A stretch of DNA of 64,000 nucleotides from Syntrophorhabdaceae bacterium (GTDB lineage: Bacteria; Desulfobacterota; Syntrophorhabdia; Syntrophorhabdales; Syntrophorhabdaceae), in assembly GCA_963666485.2 (NCBI GenBank), contig CAXXUO010000001.1, forward strand, positions 768,001-832,000, written 5' to 3'. Within the stretch, counting starts at the first letter, position 1. Each line of letters begins with the position of its first letter. The notes under the pieces were generated by a model. That model saw nothing but the letters and a program-made list of their open reading frames with translations. It did not search any database and was not told where the DNA came from. Both the position numbers and the translations under genes were made by a program. Positions 60,921 through 64,000 of this stretch are shown here, one piece after another.

Positions 60921-60941
60921 ATAATCAGGAATCATTCCTGA
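60921..60941. promoter_or_regulatory. Palindromic operator upstream of katG
   Basis: TCAGGAAT-C-ATTCCTGA; 60921-60938 is the exact reverse complement of 60417-60434. Confidence 0.75.
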
Positions 60942-63173
<2,232 letters not shown>

Positions 63174-63503
63174 TTGCCGTCTGCGGCGAGACGGGGTCAG
63201 CAAGCGGACATTATTTTACGAGATCGCCATCTACTACCCGGGTCGGTCCGGTATCAATAATAGACGCTCGGGTATCCCGGATGACGCCTGAAGAAACCCA
63301 CCCTTCCCCGGTGATCCCGGCAATGTCCTTGTAGCGTTCCGGTTGTGACTCTCTCCGGAAGATCCCCGTCTTCTCGCATTTTCCCTTTTGATTCCTTTTG
63401 GAAAAGAGTATAAAGATAACGATAAGTTGGAAAATACCCGCCAGATATATTAAATGCCAGGTGGTGACCGAATCTATTCAGACACGTAAGGAGGTTTTCT
63501 GCA

Positions 63504-64000
63504 TTGGATATTCCCCGGATCTTCAACGTCACCGAAAGTGCACACCGCATCCATGACCCGTTCACACCCGAAAAACTCGCCACTCTCGGCGCGGCGCTGC
63601 GCCTCGAAACGGGAACCCGGGTGCTCGACCTCGGCAGCGGTTCGGGAGAGATGCTGTGCACCTGGGCACGCGATTATGGGATCATCGGCACCGGCATCGA
63701 CATGAGCCAGCTGTTCACCGAGCAAGCGAAACTTCGGGCTGAAAACCTCGGTGTTGCCGATCACGTCACGTTCATCCATGGGGACGCCGCCGGCTTCGTT
63801 TCTGAAGAGAAAGTCGGTGTGGCAGCCTGTCTTGGGGCAACGTGGATTGGTGGGGGAGCCGCCGGTACCATAGAACTTCTGGCCCGGAGCCTCCGCCCCG
63901 GGGGGATCATCCTGATCGGCGAACCTTACTGGCGGCAGTTACCGCCGACGGAAGATGTTGCCAGGGGGTGTCTTGCCGGCTCAATCTCCGACTATCTCCC
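63504..64000 (+). CDS. SAM-dependent methyltransferase (YjhP-like), runs off the window
   Basis: SD AGGAGG, TTG start, 'LDIPRIFNVTESAHRIHDPF..VLDLGSGSGEMLCTWARD..GEPYWR'; absent from the ORF track because there is no stop. Confidence 0.85.
   Translation, partial: MDIPRIFNVTESAHRIHDPFTPEKLATLGAALRLETGTRVLDLGSGSGEMLCTWARDYGIIGTGIDMSQLFTEQAKLRAENLGVADHVTFIHGDAAGFVSEEKVGVAACLGATWIGGGAAGTIELLARSLRPGGIILIGEPYWRQLPPTEDVARGCLAGSISDYL

Noticed and set aside
63359..63380. Possible fourth, degenerate tRNA-Leu fragment (AAGATCCCCGTCTTCTCGCATT) bounding a perR-katG islet
   Set aside because: Only 9 bp match exactly and three insertions are needed; not distinguishable from chance.

Overview
GC-rich bacterial chromosome segment. 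Gene content suggests an anaerobic Desulfobacterota/deltaproteobacterial organism; this is inference only. Left to right: (1) two identical 99-bp RNA elements, each an aptamer-like hairpin plus terminator resembling the nhaA-I (Li+) riboswitch motif, ahead of two secreted-protein genes. (2) An MscS channel, a pilin-like membrane protein and an L,D-transpeptidase-family gene. (3) A phoBR-pstSCAB-phoU-arsC phosphate operon with Pho-box-like repeats. (4) A PAS-LuxR regulator, MFS transporter and archaemetzincin. (5) An uncharacterised operon: HATPase/GNAT fusion, HisC-like aminotransferase, xanthine-dehydrogenase-family Mo enzyme, MFS and GNAT. (6) A diguanylate cyclase. (7) A pentose-phosphate operon ending in a quinol-dependent NO reductase, divergent from a complete nuoA-N complex I operon ending in rpiB. 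(8) tRNA-Leu(TAG) followed by two copies of its 3' end, which bound two integrase-less islets. The first holds a hybrid histidine kinase. The second holds a fluoride riboswitch, a dynamin-like GTPase, a cation/H+ antiporter, a DUF1254 protein and a hypothetical gene. (9) perR-katG with a shared operator and a truncated YjhP-like methyltransferase. Top candidates for new biology are the fluoride-riboswitch dynamin/antiporter module and the tandem riboswitch locus. All assignments come from motif recognition by eye; no searches were run.
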